Source of the DNA: a virus
Taxonomy: Duplodnaviria; Caudoviricetes
IMG/VR virus record: IMGVR_UViG_3300005601_000004
Span: 1 to 45,719 of that record
Direction: 5' to 3' (one strand)
Length of the DNA: 45,719 nt
In this document: positions 8,760 through 16,598 of the stretch, in pieces
Layout of the letters: each line of letters opens with the position of its first letter
Position numbering within the stretch: position 1 is the stretch's first letter
The notes under the pieces: model-generated
Told to the model about the DNA's origin: nothing
What the model saw: the letters and a program-made list of their open reading frames with translations, nothing else
The model's database searches: none
Program-made: the position numbers and the translations under genes

Positions 8760-9670
8760 GTCTTCGGTCCTTCCTTCTTCATTTGCACCATGTCATTGGC
8801 GAAGACGTGCAAGCTGGTGCAGTGCATCGTGAACGTCCCCGGGTGAACGTCGAACCAGGCCTCGTCGATCTCCCGACAACGATTGAGGACCCAGATCAAC
8901 AGGCGAATGGTGAGGTAGATGTCATCCGGCATATGGCGGAAGAAATCGCAAGACCGTAGGGGGTAGTAAACATGCAGACGCCCACCACGAACCCAAAACT
9001 GGTAGCCAAGGCTACACGGCTTGCGACCGCCGACAACATCGCCAACGTCTTCCGGGTGGAAGATCGGGAACCATTCCTGGCGGCTGAGCGGGTTTTTGGC
9101 GAGCGACTGCACGAGGTCATTGAGGTCTCCATATTCGTTGCGGATACCGCGATGCGACCCCTGCTTGTCGAGGTTGTAGTCCACGTCTTCACGGAACTGC
9201 TCGTAACTTCGCACGAACTCGCTCGGTGTTTTTGTGGGACCTGCCGACTTGCCAGCATGTTTGGGCCAGTAGCGTTCCATGTAGTTGTGGTTGAAGATGC
9301 CGTTCTCGTCGAGGAACCGCGAGGCGCTGTTGCCCCAAGGCCAATTCGCCCACTCGAGGCCCGGGTTGATGGGCTGACCACAGACACGTTCCTCGAAGTG
9401 ATCGTCGGCCCAAGGCAGGTTGGGCTGAACGTCATCACGCCAGTGCTGCAGGTCACCGTTGCCTAGCAGGTCATGCGTGAAGGTGTAGTTCATCAGCTCG
9501 TAGCTCGCCATCTCAGGCTTGCCGCTGATGTCAACTCCCTGCCACTTCTCGGTATGCACCTTGTGGCTTTGTGCCAGGAACAGGTTCCATGTATGTGCGC
9601 GGATGCGCTGGAACGTGTCCCTGCCACTCAGGTAGTTGAACGGCATGATCCGTTCATGCTCCATCTTCAT
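8756..9670 (-). CDS. Thymidylate-synthase-fold enzyme 1, probable dCMP C5 (hydroxy)methylase
   Basis: SRQ, RKPC (catalytic Cys), RSCDFFRHMPDD, SLHVF; Asp at the position of ThyA Asn177. Confidence 0.8.
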   Translation of the reverse strand: MKMEHERIMPFNYLSGRDTFQRIRAHTWNLFLAQSHKVHTEKWQGVDISGKPEMASYELMNYTFTHDLLGNGDLQHWRDDVQPNLPWADDHFEERVCGQPINPGLEWANWPWGNSASRFLDENGIFNHNYMERYWPKHAGKSAGPTKTPSEFVRSYEQFREDVDYNLDKQGSHRGIRNEYGDLNDLVQSLAKNPLSRQEWFPIFHPEDVGDVVGGRKPCSLGYQFWVRGGRLHVYYPLRSCDFFRHMPDDIYLTIRLLIWVLNRCREIDEAWFDVHPGTFTMHCTSLHVFANDMVQMKKEGPKT

Positions 9671-9980
9671 TGCCTCCCATGTCGACTTCCTTGTCACCGC
9701 GAAGCTCAGCACGAATGCTGTCGGCAACACGGCGCAGCTCACGGCGCCCGAGCACACCATTGAACTCGTTGTTCTCCGCCTTCAGCAGGCGGCGCAGCTG
9801 TGCGTCCTTCTCGGCGAACGCGGTCAGCATGTCGTCATCGTCACCCTCGTCGGGATCGCCCTCCTCGATCTCCTCGGCGGGGATGTCCTCGGTCTGAGGC
9901 TCATCGTCTTCGGTGAACGGCTCCTTGTTCTCGGGTGCCGCGGTGTGTGCCTTGTTCTGAGGTGCCTTGCGTCGGGCCAT
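9654..9980 (-). CDS. Acidic hypothetical protein
   Basis: Coupled between the two TS-fold genes; D/E-rich. Confidence 0.7.
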   Translation of the reverse strand: MARRKAPQNKAHTAAPENKEPFTEDDEPQTEDIPAEEIEEGDPDEGDDDDMLTAFAEKDAQLRRLLKAENNEFNGVLGRRELRRVADSIRAELRGDKEVDMGGNEDGA

Positions 9981-10798
9981 CAGTCGTCTCCTTCTTCGTC
10001 CGGATCAACATAGTCGCTGTTCATACCCGGATGGTTGTCGCCCACGTACTCGGTCAGTTCCTCGAGGATGTCGGGGTCCATGAGTTTGTGGAACATGGTG
10101 TGGACACGCATGCCTTGGGCATATTTCTGGATACCACGATGGTACTCGTCGATGGTATAGCGCGCTGTCCACTTGACGCACCAGGTCCAGAAATGGGGAT
10201 CGACCTTCTCGATTGCCTCGAGCGCCGCAATCGGGTCCTCGAGGTTCGGTGCCAGTGTCGCGAAGTACATGGGATGCACCGTGACGTTGGCGAAGAAGAA
10301 GGTCAGTTTGGTAAGGGGAGCAGGCTCGAAGTCGAACGGCGGCAGCAGGACGTCTCGGATGAATACCAGGTCCGCCGGGAACTTCTTGAAGACCTCGGTC
10401 GTGCGGTAGTACGCATGAGCTTCGGTCGTGTGGTTCCCATGGTATGTCAGAGACATCGACTGGATGCACGGCGTGAGCACGGAGGCTCGCTTGCTCCCCT
10501 TGTTCGGGTCGGACTTCGTGACGTGTCCGTGGCAGGTGAACGAGACGCTGCCATATTTGCGTTGCTTCAGGCGCTTGTCCCACAGAGGGACGACAGCGAG
10601 CTGCGACTCCTCGACGAGATACAGCCGCTTGAGCATGGACATCTTCGACTTGGTATAACCCGCATCCTCCATCACCAGGTCGTCGCTGATGTCTGTGAAG
10701 GTGCGGGTCACGTTGCTGATGATCTTGCGAGCACCCGATACCTCGTCGGCAGGTGTCGCCATCATGTCGAGGCAGAATTTGATCCACTCATCCTTCAT
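9980..10798 (-). CDS. Highly divergent thymidylate-synthase-fold protein 2
   Basis: LTPCIQSMSLTY...AYYRTTEVFKKFPADL...FANVTVH matches the PC / RSxD-x7-N(D) / HxY order of the TS core; ATGA-coupled start at 10798. Confidence 0.6.
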   Translation of the reverse strand: MKDEWIKFCLDMMATPADEVSGARKIISNVTRTFTDISDDLVMEDAGYTKSKMSMLKRLYLVEESQLAVVPLWDKRLKQRKYGSVSFTCHGHVTKSDPNKGSKRASVLTPCIQSMSLTYHGNHTTEAHAYYRTTEVFKKFPADLVFIRDVLLPPFDFEPAPLTKLTFFFANVTVHPMYFATLAPNLEDPIAALEAIEKVDPHFWTWCVKWTARYTIDEYHRGIQKYAQGMRVHTMFHKLMDPDILEELTEYVGDNHPGMNSDYVDPDEEGDD

Positions 10799-11073
10799 CG
10801 GGAACCCCCCAACTGCTTCCGGATGTCCTCGAGGTGGGCGGTGAACTCGGCAGCGGCACGGAACAGTTGCTTCTTCTGCTCCCACTGTGGGTCCTTCTGC
10901 ATCTCGATGAACATCTGGGGGTTGAGTACCGATCCCGCACCCTCGAACAGGTTGATGGTATCGGCGAGGTGTTGCCAATCGAACGTGCTCAGCAACTCCA
11001 TGGCGGAACGCACCGCGCTCATCGCCATGTGAAAGTCCTCGGGGCTTTCGATCTGTTTCTTGCTTGTGTCCAT
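10795..11073 (-). CDS. Hypothetical helical protein
   Basis: Strong AAGGAGG SD before ATG 11073; own promoter upstream. Confidence 0.7.
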   Translation of the reverse strand: MDTSKKQIESPEDFHMAMSAVRSAMELLSTFDWQHLADTINLFEGAGSVLNPQMFIEMQKDPQWEQKKQLFRAAAEFTAHLEDIRKQLGGSR

Positions 11074-11092
11074 GATGAACCTCCTTCCGAGC

Positions 11093-11121
11093 ATTGTACT
11101 CGATCACTCGACCGAATACAA
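11093..11121 (-). promoter_or_regulatory. Sigma70-type promoter
   Basis: TTGTAT-N17-TACAAT in the intergenic gap. Confidence 0.5.
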
Positions 11122-11132
11122 CGCCGTTTGTC

Positions 11133-11810
11133 TCACGCTCGATCTGAGTGGGATTGGTGGATGTCGTTGCACTCGACCAGGTCGGTGTGCGTTGGCTTCT
11201 CCCAGCCGGCGGGTTTCACCACGTCGAGCGACGATCCGCGCTTGCTGTCGGTGACGAGCTCGGCCCGAACCTTCTGCATGTTCGCAGCATGGACACGACG
11301 CCAGCCCTCGGCGAAGACGTCCTGGAAGCCGTGAAGGTAGACGGTGCCGAACAGGACATAGGCCAGGTCGATCATGCCGTCGAGCGCCTCCTCGAGGTGG
11401 TAGGTGTAGTTCGCTTCGTCGCGGTGAAGCAGCGGGCGCGTCGTCTCGTCATACGCTGCGCACTGATGCTTCCACCATTCGTCGAGCTCCTCCTGCAAGA
11501 ACTTGCGGCGGAACTCCATCGTCTCCTTGTCGAGTGCACCCATGGGATGCAACGCCGGCAGGTCGAACCTGGTGTGGAACTCGGCGATGTCTGCCAACGG
11601 GTCGAACACAGGCTCCGAGTTCGCGGGGCCCATGGGCTCAAAGCGACCATCGAAGAACTCGGCGTGTGACCGTGCGATGATCGGACTGCCGGGCTCCTGA
11701 TAGCGGCGATACATGACCGCATCTTCCCAGTTGGCTTCGAGCTTCCCGTTCTCGGACAGGACCTCGTAGATGTTGCCCGTCTTGACGTGGCGATAGAGCT
11801 TATTCGGCAT
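11133..11810 (-). CDS. DUF1653-like domain fused to MazG-like nucleotide pyrophosphohydrolase
   Basis: N-term YRHVKTGNIYEV...VMY...RSHAEF; C-term QEELDE, EALDGMIDLAYV, VHAANMQK, KPAGW. Confidence 0.8.
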   Translation of the reverse strand: MPNKLYRHVKTGNIYEVLSENGKLEANWEDAVMYRRYQEPGSPIIARSHAEFFDGRFEPMGPANSEPVFDPLADIAEFHTRFDLPALHPMGALDKETMEFRRKFLQEELDEWWKHQCAAYDETTRPLLHRDEANYTYHLEEALDGMIDLAYVLFGTVYLHGFQDVFAEGWRRVHAANMQKVRAELVTDSKRGSSLDVVKPAGWEKPTHTDLVECNDIHQSHSDRA

Positions 11811-12312
11811 GGGACAGTTCCTTCTTGATGGAGTCGATGATGAATTGGGCCGAAGCCACGTGGCCAGGGTCCTCGACAGAGTACCAGTACATGACCGGCA
11901 CATGACCGTTGGCCCACTCGTGGTAGGCGTTGCGGATGTTGTCGTCATGCTTCTCGATCATCGCCAGGTGCTCCGGCGTGTCGGCATGACTGTGATCGGC
12001 GACGTGTGCCCCCGCACGACCATAGCAGTAGATGAAGAAAGGCTTCGACGCATAGAACTGATTGACGAGCGGTTGCGGGATGCCTTCACCCTTCGTCCGG
12101 AACTGGTCATAGATCAGTTGCGACACGCAGGGATGCCGGTCGAAGAGACAGTTATCGAGGCGCAGGTAGCGCTCGACACGTTCGACCATTTCGCCCGGGT
12201 GTTTGGGAGGTCCTTCGCCCGGCGTATATGCCAACGCGGGAACGTGTTGCAATATAACACGAGCGAGCGTTGACTTACCCGATCCATCGGGTCCTTCAAG
12301 TACGATGTTCAT
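11800..12312 (-). CDS. Thymidylate-kinase-like dNMP kinase
   Basis: IVLEGPDGSGKST P-loop; FDRH..S..IY. Confidence 0.8.
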   Translation of the reverse strand: MNIVLEGPDGSGKSTLARVILQHVPALAYTPGEGPPKHPGEMVERVERYLRLDNCLFDRHPCVSQLIYDQFRTKGEGIPQPLVNQFYASKPFFIYCYGRAGAHVADHSHADTPEHLAMIEKHDDNIRNAYHEWANGHVPVMYWYSVEDPGHVASAQFIIDSIKKELSHAE

Positions 12313-12328
12313 TGGAAGCCTTTCACAG

Positions 12329-12376
12329 TTGACGAGATCGCTTGACCAGTTTAATGTCAAGTCACATCGAAGTCAA
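12329..12376. promoter_or_regulatory. Overlapping divergent promoters with palindromic operator
   Basis: Minus TTGACT-N17-TAAACT; plus TTGACG-N17-TAATGT; CTTGAC-N9-GTCAAG palindrome at 12341-12361. Confidence 0.6.
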
Positions 12377-12392
12377 CCGGGGAAAACCTGCC

Positions 12393-12620
12393 ATGAATGA
12401 GGGCTTTATCACAGAAGAGCAAGCCCGCGCTCGTTTGAGGGAACTGTGTGATGAAGCCGGCGGCGTCGGTGAACTCGCCCGCAAGATCGGTATTACGATC
12501 AGTGCGGTATCACACCAACTCAATGGACATCGGCCAATACACGGACGAGTCGCGGAACACATGGGTCTCCAAATCCAACGAGAGACCACAATATCGTATC
12601 GGGAGGCCGAGCAACAATGA
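12393..12620 (+). CDS. Cro-like HTH protein
   Basis: GGVGELARKIGITISAVSHQLNG HTH signature; ATGA-coupled to the primase. Confidence 0.75.
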   Translation: MNEGFITEEQARARLRELCDEAGGVGELARKIGITISAVSHQLNGHRPIHGRVAEHMGLQIQRETTISYREAEQQ

Positions 12621-14563
12621 CACGTAGGGGCGACATGCAAACAATCAAACTCATTTGGAACGAAGCGCCCGGCGACTTCCTGTGTATTTCAACCTCGACA
12701 AAGAACACCAAAGTACAGGGCAAGTGGAAGGATACGTTCTTCCATCGTCGTGACATCCGCAAGGCGATTGCCTTTGCCGCGGCGAAGTCGAAGGACCATG
12801 ACGTCTATATGTCCGCACATGGTTTTTCCCGCAAACGCAGACACAAGGATTGCTCGGTCGATCCACACTGGGTGTATGCTGACCTTGACGAATGCGATCC
12901 GAACACGCTCTCCCTCAAACCCACCATCGCTATCGAGTCTTCGCCCGGACGCTATGTTGGTTGGTGGCTATGTGACGGGCCCGTGACGGAGGAGCTCAAT
13001 CGTCGTGTCGCTTACTTCATCGGTGCTGACACGTCGGGATGGGATCGAACGCAAGTGCTGCGCGTCCCGGGAACACAGAACCACAAATACAAGGCGAAGC
13101 CGTGGGTCAAAATCCTGTGGAAGGATGGCCCGCGCTATCAGCTCAAACGCCTCGAGAAGATGGTGCCCGAAGTCGAGACCGAGGACGGTCGACAGGAGGG
13201 TGGTGACGCAGCTGCCATCTATGACGAATACGAAAGCGACCTGCCGCGCTGGGTTCGTCGCGAGCTGACCAATCCTCGAGTGCAACGCGGCAAACGCTCG
13301 GAGGTCCTGTGGAAACTCGTTAATGAGCTGATGGAAGTCGGCATGTCGAAGGACGAGATATTCACGGTGCTTTGGGACAACGCATGGAACAAGCATGCCG
13401 AGCGTCGTGACGGCGAACGCCAGCTGGAGCGTGAGATCGACAAAGCGATGGATCGCCATGTAGGCGGTTCGAAGAAGCTGGCCAAGAAGCAACCTACGAA
13501 CGTCATGGCGGATCGCGGGAAGGACGATGACGGTGACCCGCAGAAGAAGCGCTTCACGTTCAAGACAATGGCCGAGGTCGAGCAGGAAGACATCCCGTGG
13601 ATCATCGACGGTATGATGGCTCCTCAGCAGACGACCATGTGGGAGGGTGATCCTGGTGTCGGTAAGTCGTACTGGCTAATGTGGATTTGCATTGCGCTAT
13701 GCGATGGTAAGCCGCTGCCCTGGGAAGACCCGAAGAAGCACACCCGAAAACCGATGCGCGTCCTGTACTGCGACATGGAGAACTCCGCAGGTGCGGTGAC
13801 GAAGAACCGCTTGATCGACAACGGGCTCAAGAACTTCCAAAACTACGTGCAGCTCGAGCAGCCGTTCAGCGTCAGTGATCCCGACAGCATCGACGCGCTG
13901 GCTGATGACGTGCTCGAGGTGTTCAAGCCAGACATCGTTATCATCGACCCCATCAACATCTATGTTGGCAGTGCCGACACATACAAGGCGTCCGAGACAC
14001 AGCAGGCGCTGCAAGTGTTCAAGGACCTGTCCATCGAGTTCAACTTCTCGCTCAACCTGGTCCGTCACCTCAACAAGTCACATGGCGGCAAGGCGTTGTA
14101 TGCTGGTGGGGGGTCGATTGCGTTTGCGGGCGTTGCTCGTATCATCGCAACCATCGGGTGGCATCCTGAAGAACCAGACATGCGCGTTGTCGCCTGCACC
14201 AAGAACAACTTGAGTGCTCCCTTTGGTTCATTGGGTTACACGATCCAGGGGCTGCCTGATACGCTCACGCGGAAGAACCGCTCAGAGCTCACGTATGAAG
14301 GACGCATGGACTACACGTCCGACGACATCCTGAGTACCTCTAACCAGAAGGACGAGTCGTCCAAGAACATCGCGGCTGATTTGATCCGTGAGATGATGGG
14401 TGAGGATGACGAGGTGAATTACCACAGCTTGCTGAAGAATGCCGACACTCGGTCGATCAGCGAACTGTCAATCCGCAAGGCGGCGGCGGAATTGAACCTG
14501 CGCAAGGTGTCCCGAGGTCGGGGCAAGGATCGTCGCACATTCCTCGAGAAAAAGAAAGCCTGA
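12617..14563 (+). CDS. Primase-helicase (RepB-like AEP primase + AAA_25/RecA-like helicase)
   Basis: YADLD, IESSPGRY, LRVPGT.NHKY; EGDPGVGKS Walker A, VIIDP Walker B, HLNK. Confidence 0.88.
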   Translation: MTRRGDMQTIKLIWNEAPGDFLCISTSTKNTKVQGKWKDTFFHRRDIRKAIAFAAAKSKDHDVYMSAHGFSRKRRHKDCSVDPHWVYADLDECDPNTLSLKPTIAIESSPGRYVGWWLCDGPVTEELNRRVAYFIGADTSGWDRTQVLRVPGTQNHKYKAKPWVKILWKDGPRYQLKRLEKMVPEVETEDGRQEGGDAAAIYDEYESDLPRWVRRELTNPRVQRGKRSEVLWKLVNELMEVGMSKDEIFTVLWDNAWNKHAERRDGERQLEREIDKAMDRHVGGSKKLAKKQPTNVMADRGKDDDGDPQKKRFTFKTMAEVEQEDIPWIIDGMMAPQQTTMWEGDPGVGKSYWLMWICIALCDGKPLPWEDPKKHTRKPMRVLYCDMENSAGAVTKNRLIDNGLKNFQNYVQLEQPFSVSDPDSIDALADDVLEVFKPDIVIIDPINIYVGSADTYKASETQQALQVFKDLSIEFNFSLNLVRHLNKSHGGKALYAGGGSIAFAGVARIIATIGWHPEEPDMRVVACTKNNLSAPFGSLGYTIQGLPDTLTRKNRSELTYEGRMDYTSDDILSTSNQKDESSKNIAADLIREMMGEDDEVNYHSLLKNADTRSISELSIRKAAAELNLRKVSRGRGKDRRTFLEKKKA

Positions 14564-14588
14564 GGACGCGCTAGGACGTTCCTCAGGC
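14549..14588 (-). terminator. Terminator between convergent operons
   Basis: GCCTGAGGA...TCCTCAGGC stem followed by TTTCTTTTT on the minus strand. Confidence 0.6.
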
Positions 14589-14619
14589 AGGTCATGTCAT
14601 CGAATGCAGCGAAGGACAG

Positions 14620-15021
14620 TCACGCGCTCGCTGTGCGTCGCTGTGCTGCTTCGTCAAGGCGTGTCGCAATGCGCTCGCGATTGATGCGCAGCGCTTCGCG
14701 TGTAGGCGTGTAGTCACGCTGCAGGCAGGAAGGCACATTGCCCATGAGCTGCTTGCGATTGGGCTTGAGCGTGACGTTGAACCCGCGGCGACGACACTCG
14801 GCATAGAGGTCGCGCTGACGCAGGTAGCAGAACTGCAATCGGCAATAGAAGAACTTGACGTGACCGGTGCCGAGGCGATACGTGTCCGGCAGGTCATCGA
14901 CGTTGCCGCCTTTGCGATGCCATTTTTGTGCAGCACGGAAGACGCGAGGAAGTTCGCGGTATTCGGCGAGCAGGTGCTTGTCAGTCAGCTCGGTTACGGG
15001 GACGACGTTGATGCGGGTCAT
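14620..15021 (-). CDS. denV: Pyrimidine-dimer DNA glycosylase (T4 endonuclease V family)
   Basis: MTRIN...L.D.HLLAEYRELPRVF and LGTGHVKFFY closely match T4 DenV. Confidence 0.93.
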   Translation of the reverse strand: MTRINVVPVTELTDKHLLAEYRELPRVFRAAQKWHRKGGNVDDLPDTYRLGTGHVKFFYCRLQFCYLRQRDLYAECRRRGFNVTLKPNRKQLMGNVPSCLQRDYTPTREALRINRERIATRLDEAAQRRTASA

Positions 15022-15205
15022 TGATGCGCTCCTTGGTGGTTACGATGTCCCATACCAATTTAGCGTCACGGGACTTCCTCAGTATATCAGACGTCTCGAT
15101 CAAGGTAAATACCGAAGCGTCTTCCGGACTCTTGCAAAGCCCGCCATCCTTACGATAGCGGACCTTGCCGTCGGGCCATGTGTATTTGATGCGGTACCGA
15201 AGCAT
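14981..15205 (-). CDS. Hypothetical protein
   Basis: TGATG-coupled to the SprT-like gene. Confidence 0.5.
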   Translation of the reverse strand: MLRYRIKYTWPDGKVRYRKDGGLCKSPEDASVFTLIETSDILRKSRDAKLVWDIVTTKERINDPHQRRPRNRAD

Positions 15206-15858
15206 CACGCCTCCATCACTACCAGGTCGCCCGACTCCTCGGAGCATTCGCCGCACAGCAGCATGACGTCCGCCTTGGCGTATGCGTTGAGTTCGCACTG
15301 CGGGCAGGTGTACTTGGTGCGCTTGCTGCCTTTCTTGATGCGCTCGATGGGAGCACCGCGCCATTCGATCTTGCCCTTGAACTTCTGCTCAGCCAGATCG
15401 AACGCGCCGCCCTCGATGATGTAGTGCGACACGCGACGACCGGTGCGCTTGCCACCAGGTGCGCCTGTGGAGGACGGCATCAGTCCGATCTCCTCCATCT
15501 TGTTCGCCCACTCCTTGTCGTGTGCGGTTTTCTTGTTGTCCTGCCCGAAGTGATGCTGCCACAAGTGCACCATCTCATGGACGAGCGTCGAGTAGATTTC
15601 CCGATCCGTGCGACCTGCGAACGTGAATGGGTTGAGCGAGATTTCGTCCGCCGATGCGTCCTTGTGCTTCGTGCCCTTGAACGGGTGGTTCCGGTAGTAG
15701 CCGTATGCACTCCGGAGTTCGTTGCTCAAGGTGATGAGGCAGTCGGGCAGCAGGCCGTCGAAGATCACGGCGTTGAAGTGATCGTAGGCCTCCTGCAACA
15801 CGGGGTAGGTGTCGGTGGTGGGCTTGTATGCGGGTTTTTTCTTGATGCGACGGGTCAT
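15205..15858 (-). CDS. SprT-like zinc metalloprotease with C-terminal zinc ribbon
   Basis: FN...F, TLVHEMVH, H...W; CPQC...CGEC. Confidence 0.85.
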   Translation of the reverse strand: MTRRIKKKPAYKPTTDTYPVLQEAYDHFNAVIFDGLLPDCLITLSNELRSAYGYYRNHPFKGTKHKDASADEISLNPFTFAGRTDREIYSTLVHEMVHLWQHHFGQDNKKTAHDKEWANKMEEIGLMPSSTGAPGGKRTGRRVSHYIIEGGAFDLAEQKFKGKIEWRGAPIERIKKGSKRTKYTCPQCELNAYAKADVMLLCGECSEESGDLVVMEA

Positions 15859-16052
15859 CAGTTCGGCTCCTTGAGTGGGATGACATGATCGGCCATGTCA
15901 AAGGGACAGATTTGGGCGGTGTCGTGAACACGAGACCACATGGGAGTGTCAGACCAGGGCGTGTCGTCGGTCGTGTATTCGGTGCACAGCACCAGGTGGC
16001 AGATCGACCACTCGCCTCTGAACAGCACGGCATACTGGGGTGCTTGGTTCAT
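15858..16052 (-). CDS. Hypothetical protein
   Basis: Translationally coupled at both ends. Confidence 0.55.
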   Translation of the reverse strand: MNQAPQYAVLFRGEWSICHLVLCTEYTTDDTPWSDTPMWSRVHDTAQICPFDMADHVIPLKEPN

Positions 16053-16276
16053 TGGGTTGCTCCTTCGATGAACTGGGTGAACTCGTACTGCCGCCCCTCG
16101 TGAACTGCCAAGACGGTCATCGTCATGGTCACGTAGGCGGTGCGTTCGTGGGGGACCTGCGCGAGCATGGCACGGGCTGTCGCCTTGTTGCCATTGAGCC
16201 ACGCATTGTAGATGGCGCCAGCCTGATCGCGCAGGGCAGCAGTCATCGTCGGGTTGGGGCGAAGGGGTGCGTTCAT
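16049..16276 (-). CDS. Hypothetical protein
   Basis: GAGGAG SD; promoter directly upstream. Confidence 0.65.
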   Translation of the reverse strand: MNAPLRPNPTMTAALRDQAGAIYNAWLNGNKATARAMLAQVPHERTAYVTMTMTVLAVHEGRQYEFTQFIEGATQ

Positions 16277-16304
16277 TTCAGTCTCCTCGTGTTGATACAA
16301 GAAG

Positions 16305-16351
16305 ACTGTATCCGGAAGCAGCGCTCACGTCAATAGTGGTCTGCTTCCGGA
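16305..16351 (-). promoter_or_regulatory. Sigma70-type promoter overlapped by an 11-bp inverted repeat
   Basis: TTGACG-N17-TACAGT; TCCGGAAGCAG (16311-21) / CTGCTTCCGGA (16341-51). Confidence 0.6.
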
Positions 16352-16358
16352 AGCTAGC

Positions 16359-16598
16359 TCAACTCTTGTTGTCGAGCGTGGTATAATTCATCTTGAAACG
16401 GTGCATGTCCTCGGCGGTACGGAACCGCCATTCGCATTCCTTCATCAGCGGCGCCGACACGAAGTCGAGCTGCATCAGTCGGGAGACGTCATCGGGACGC
16501 GGGAACTTGACCTTCGTCCGGCAGGCGTGTGGGTACTCCAGCGACTTCTCCTTGAGGAACGCCAGGTTGGCACGGTATTGCTCAACGGTCATGGTCAT
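16359..16598 (-). CDS. Hypothetical protein
   Basis: 79-aa ORF overlapping the end of the capsid paralog. Confidence 0.6.
   Translation of the reverse strand: MTMTVEQYRANLAFLKEKSLEYPHACRTKVKFPRPDDVSRLMQLDFVSAPLMKECEWRFRTAEDMHRFKMNYTTLDNKS

Noticed and set aside
7126-10798. hmU/hypermodified-thymidine pathway (SPO1 or YuA type)
   Set aside because: The deaminase and UDG-PolA would fit, but both TS folds have the dCMP-type Asp and no hmU DNA kinase or pyrophosphorylase was recognised; disfavoured, not excluded
9980-11107. Longest-ORF starts in the track (e.g. 11107, 9760, 8640, 17460, 22818)
   Set aside because: The extensions overlap upstream genes; downstream starts have SD sequences or stop-start coupling
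12393-12620. Lysogeny module
   Set aside because: No integrase, ParA/B or peptidase-bearing repressor found
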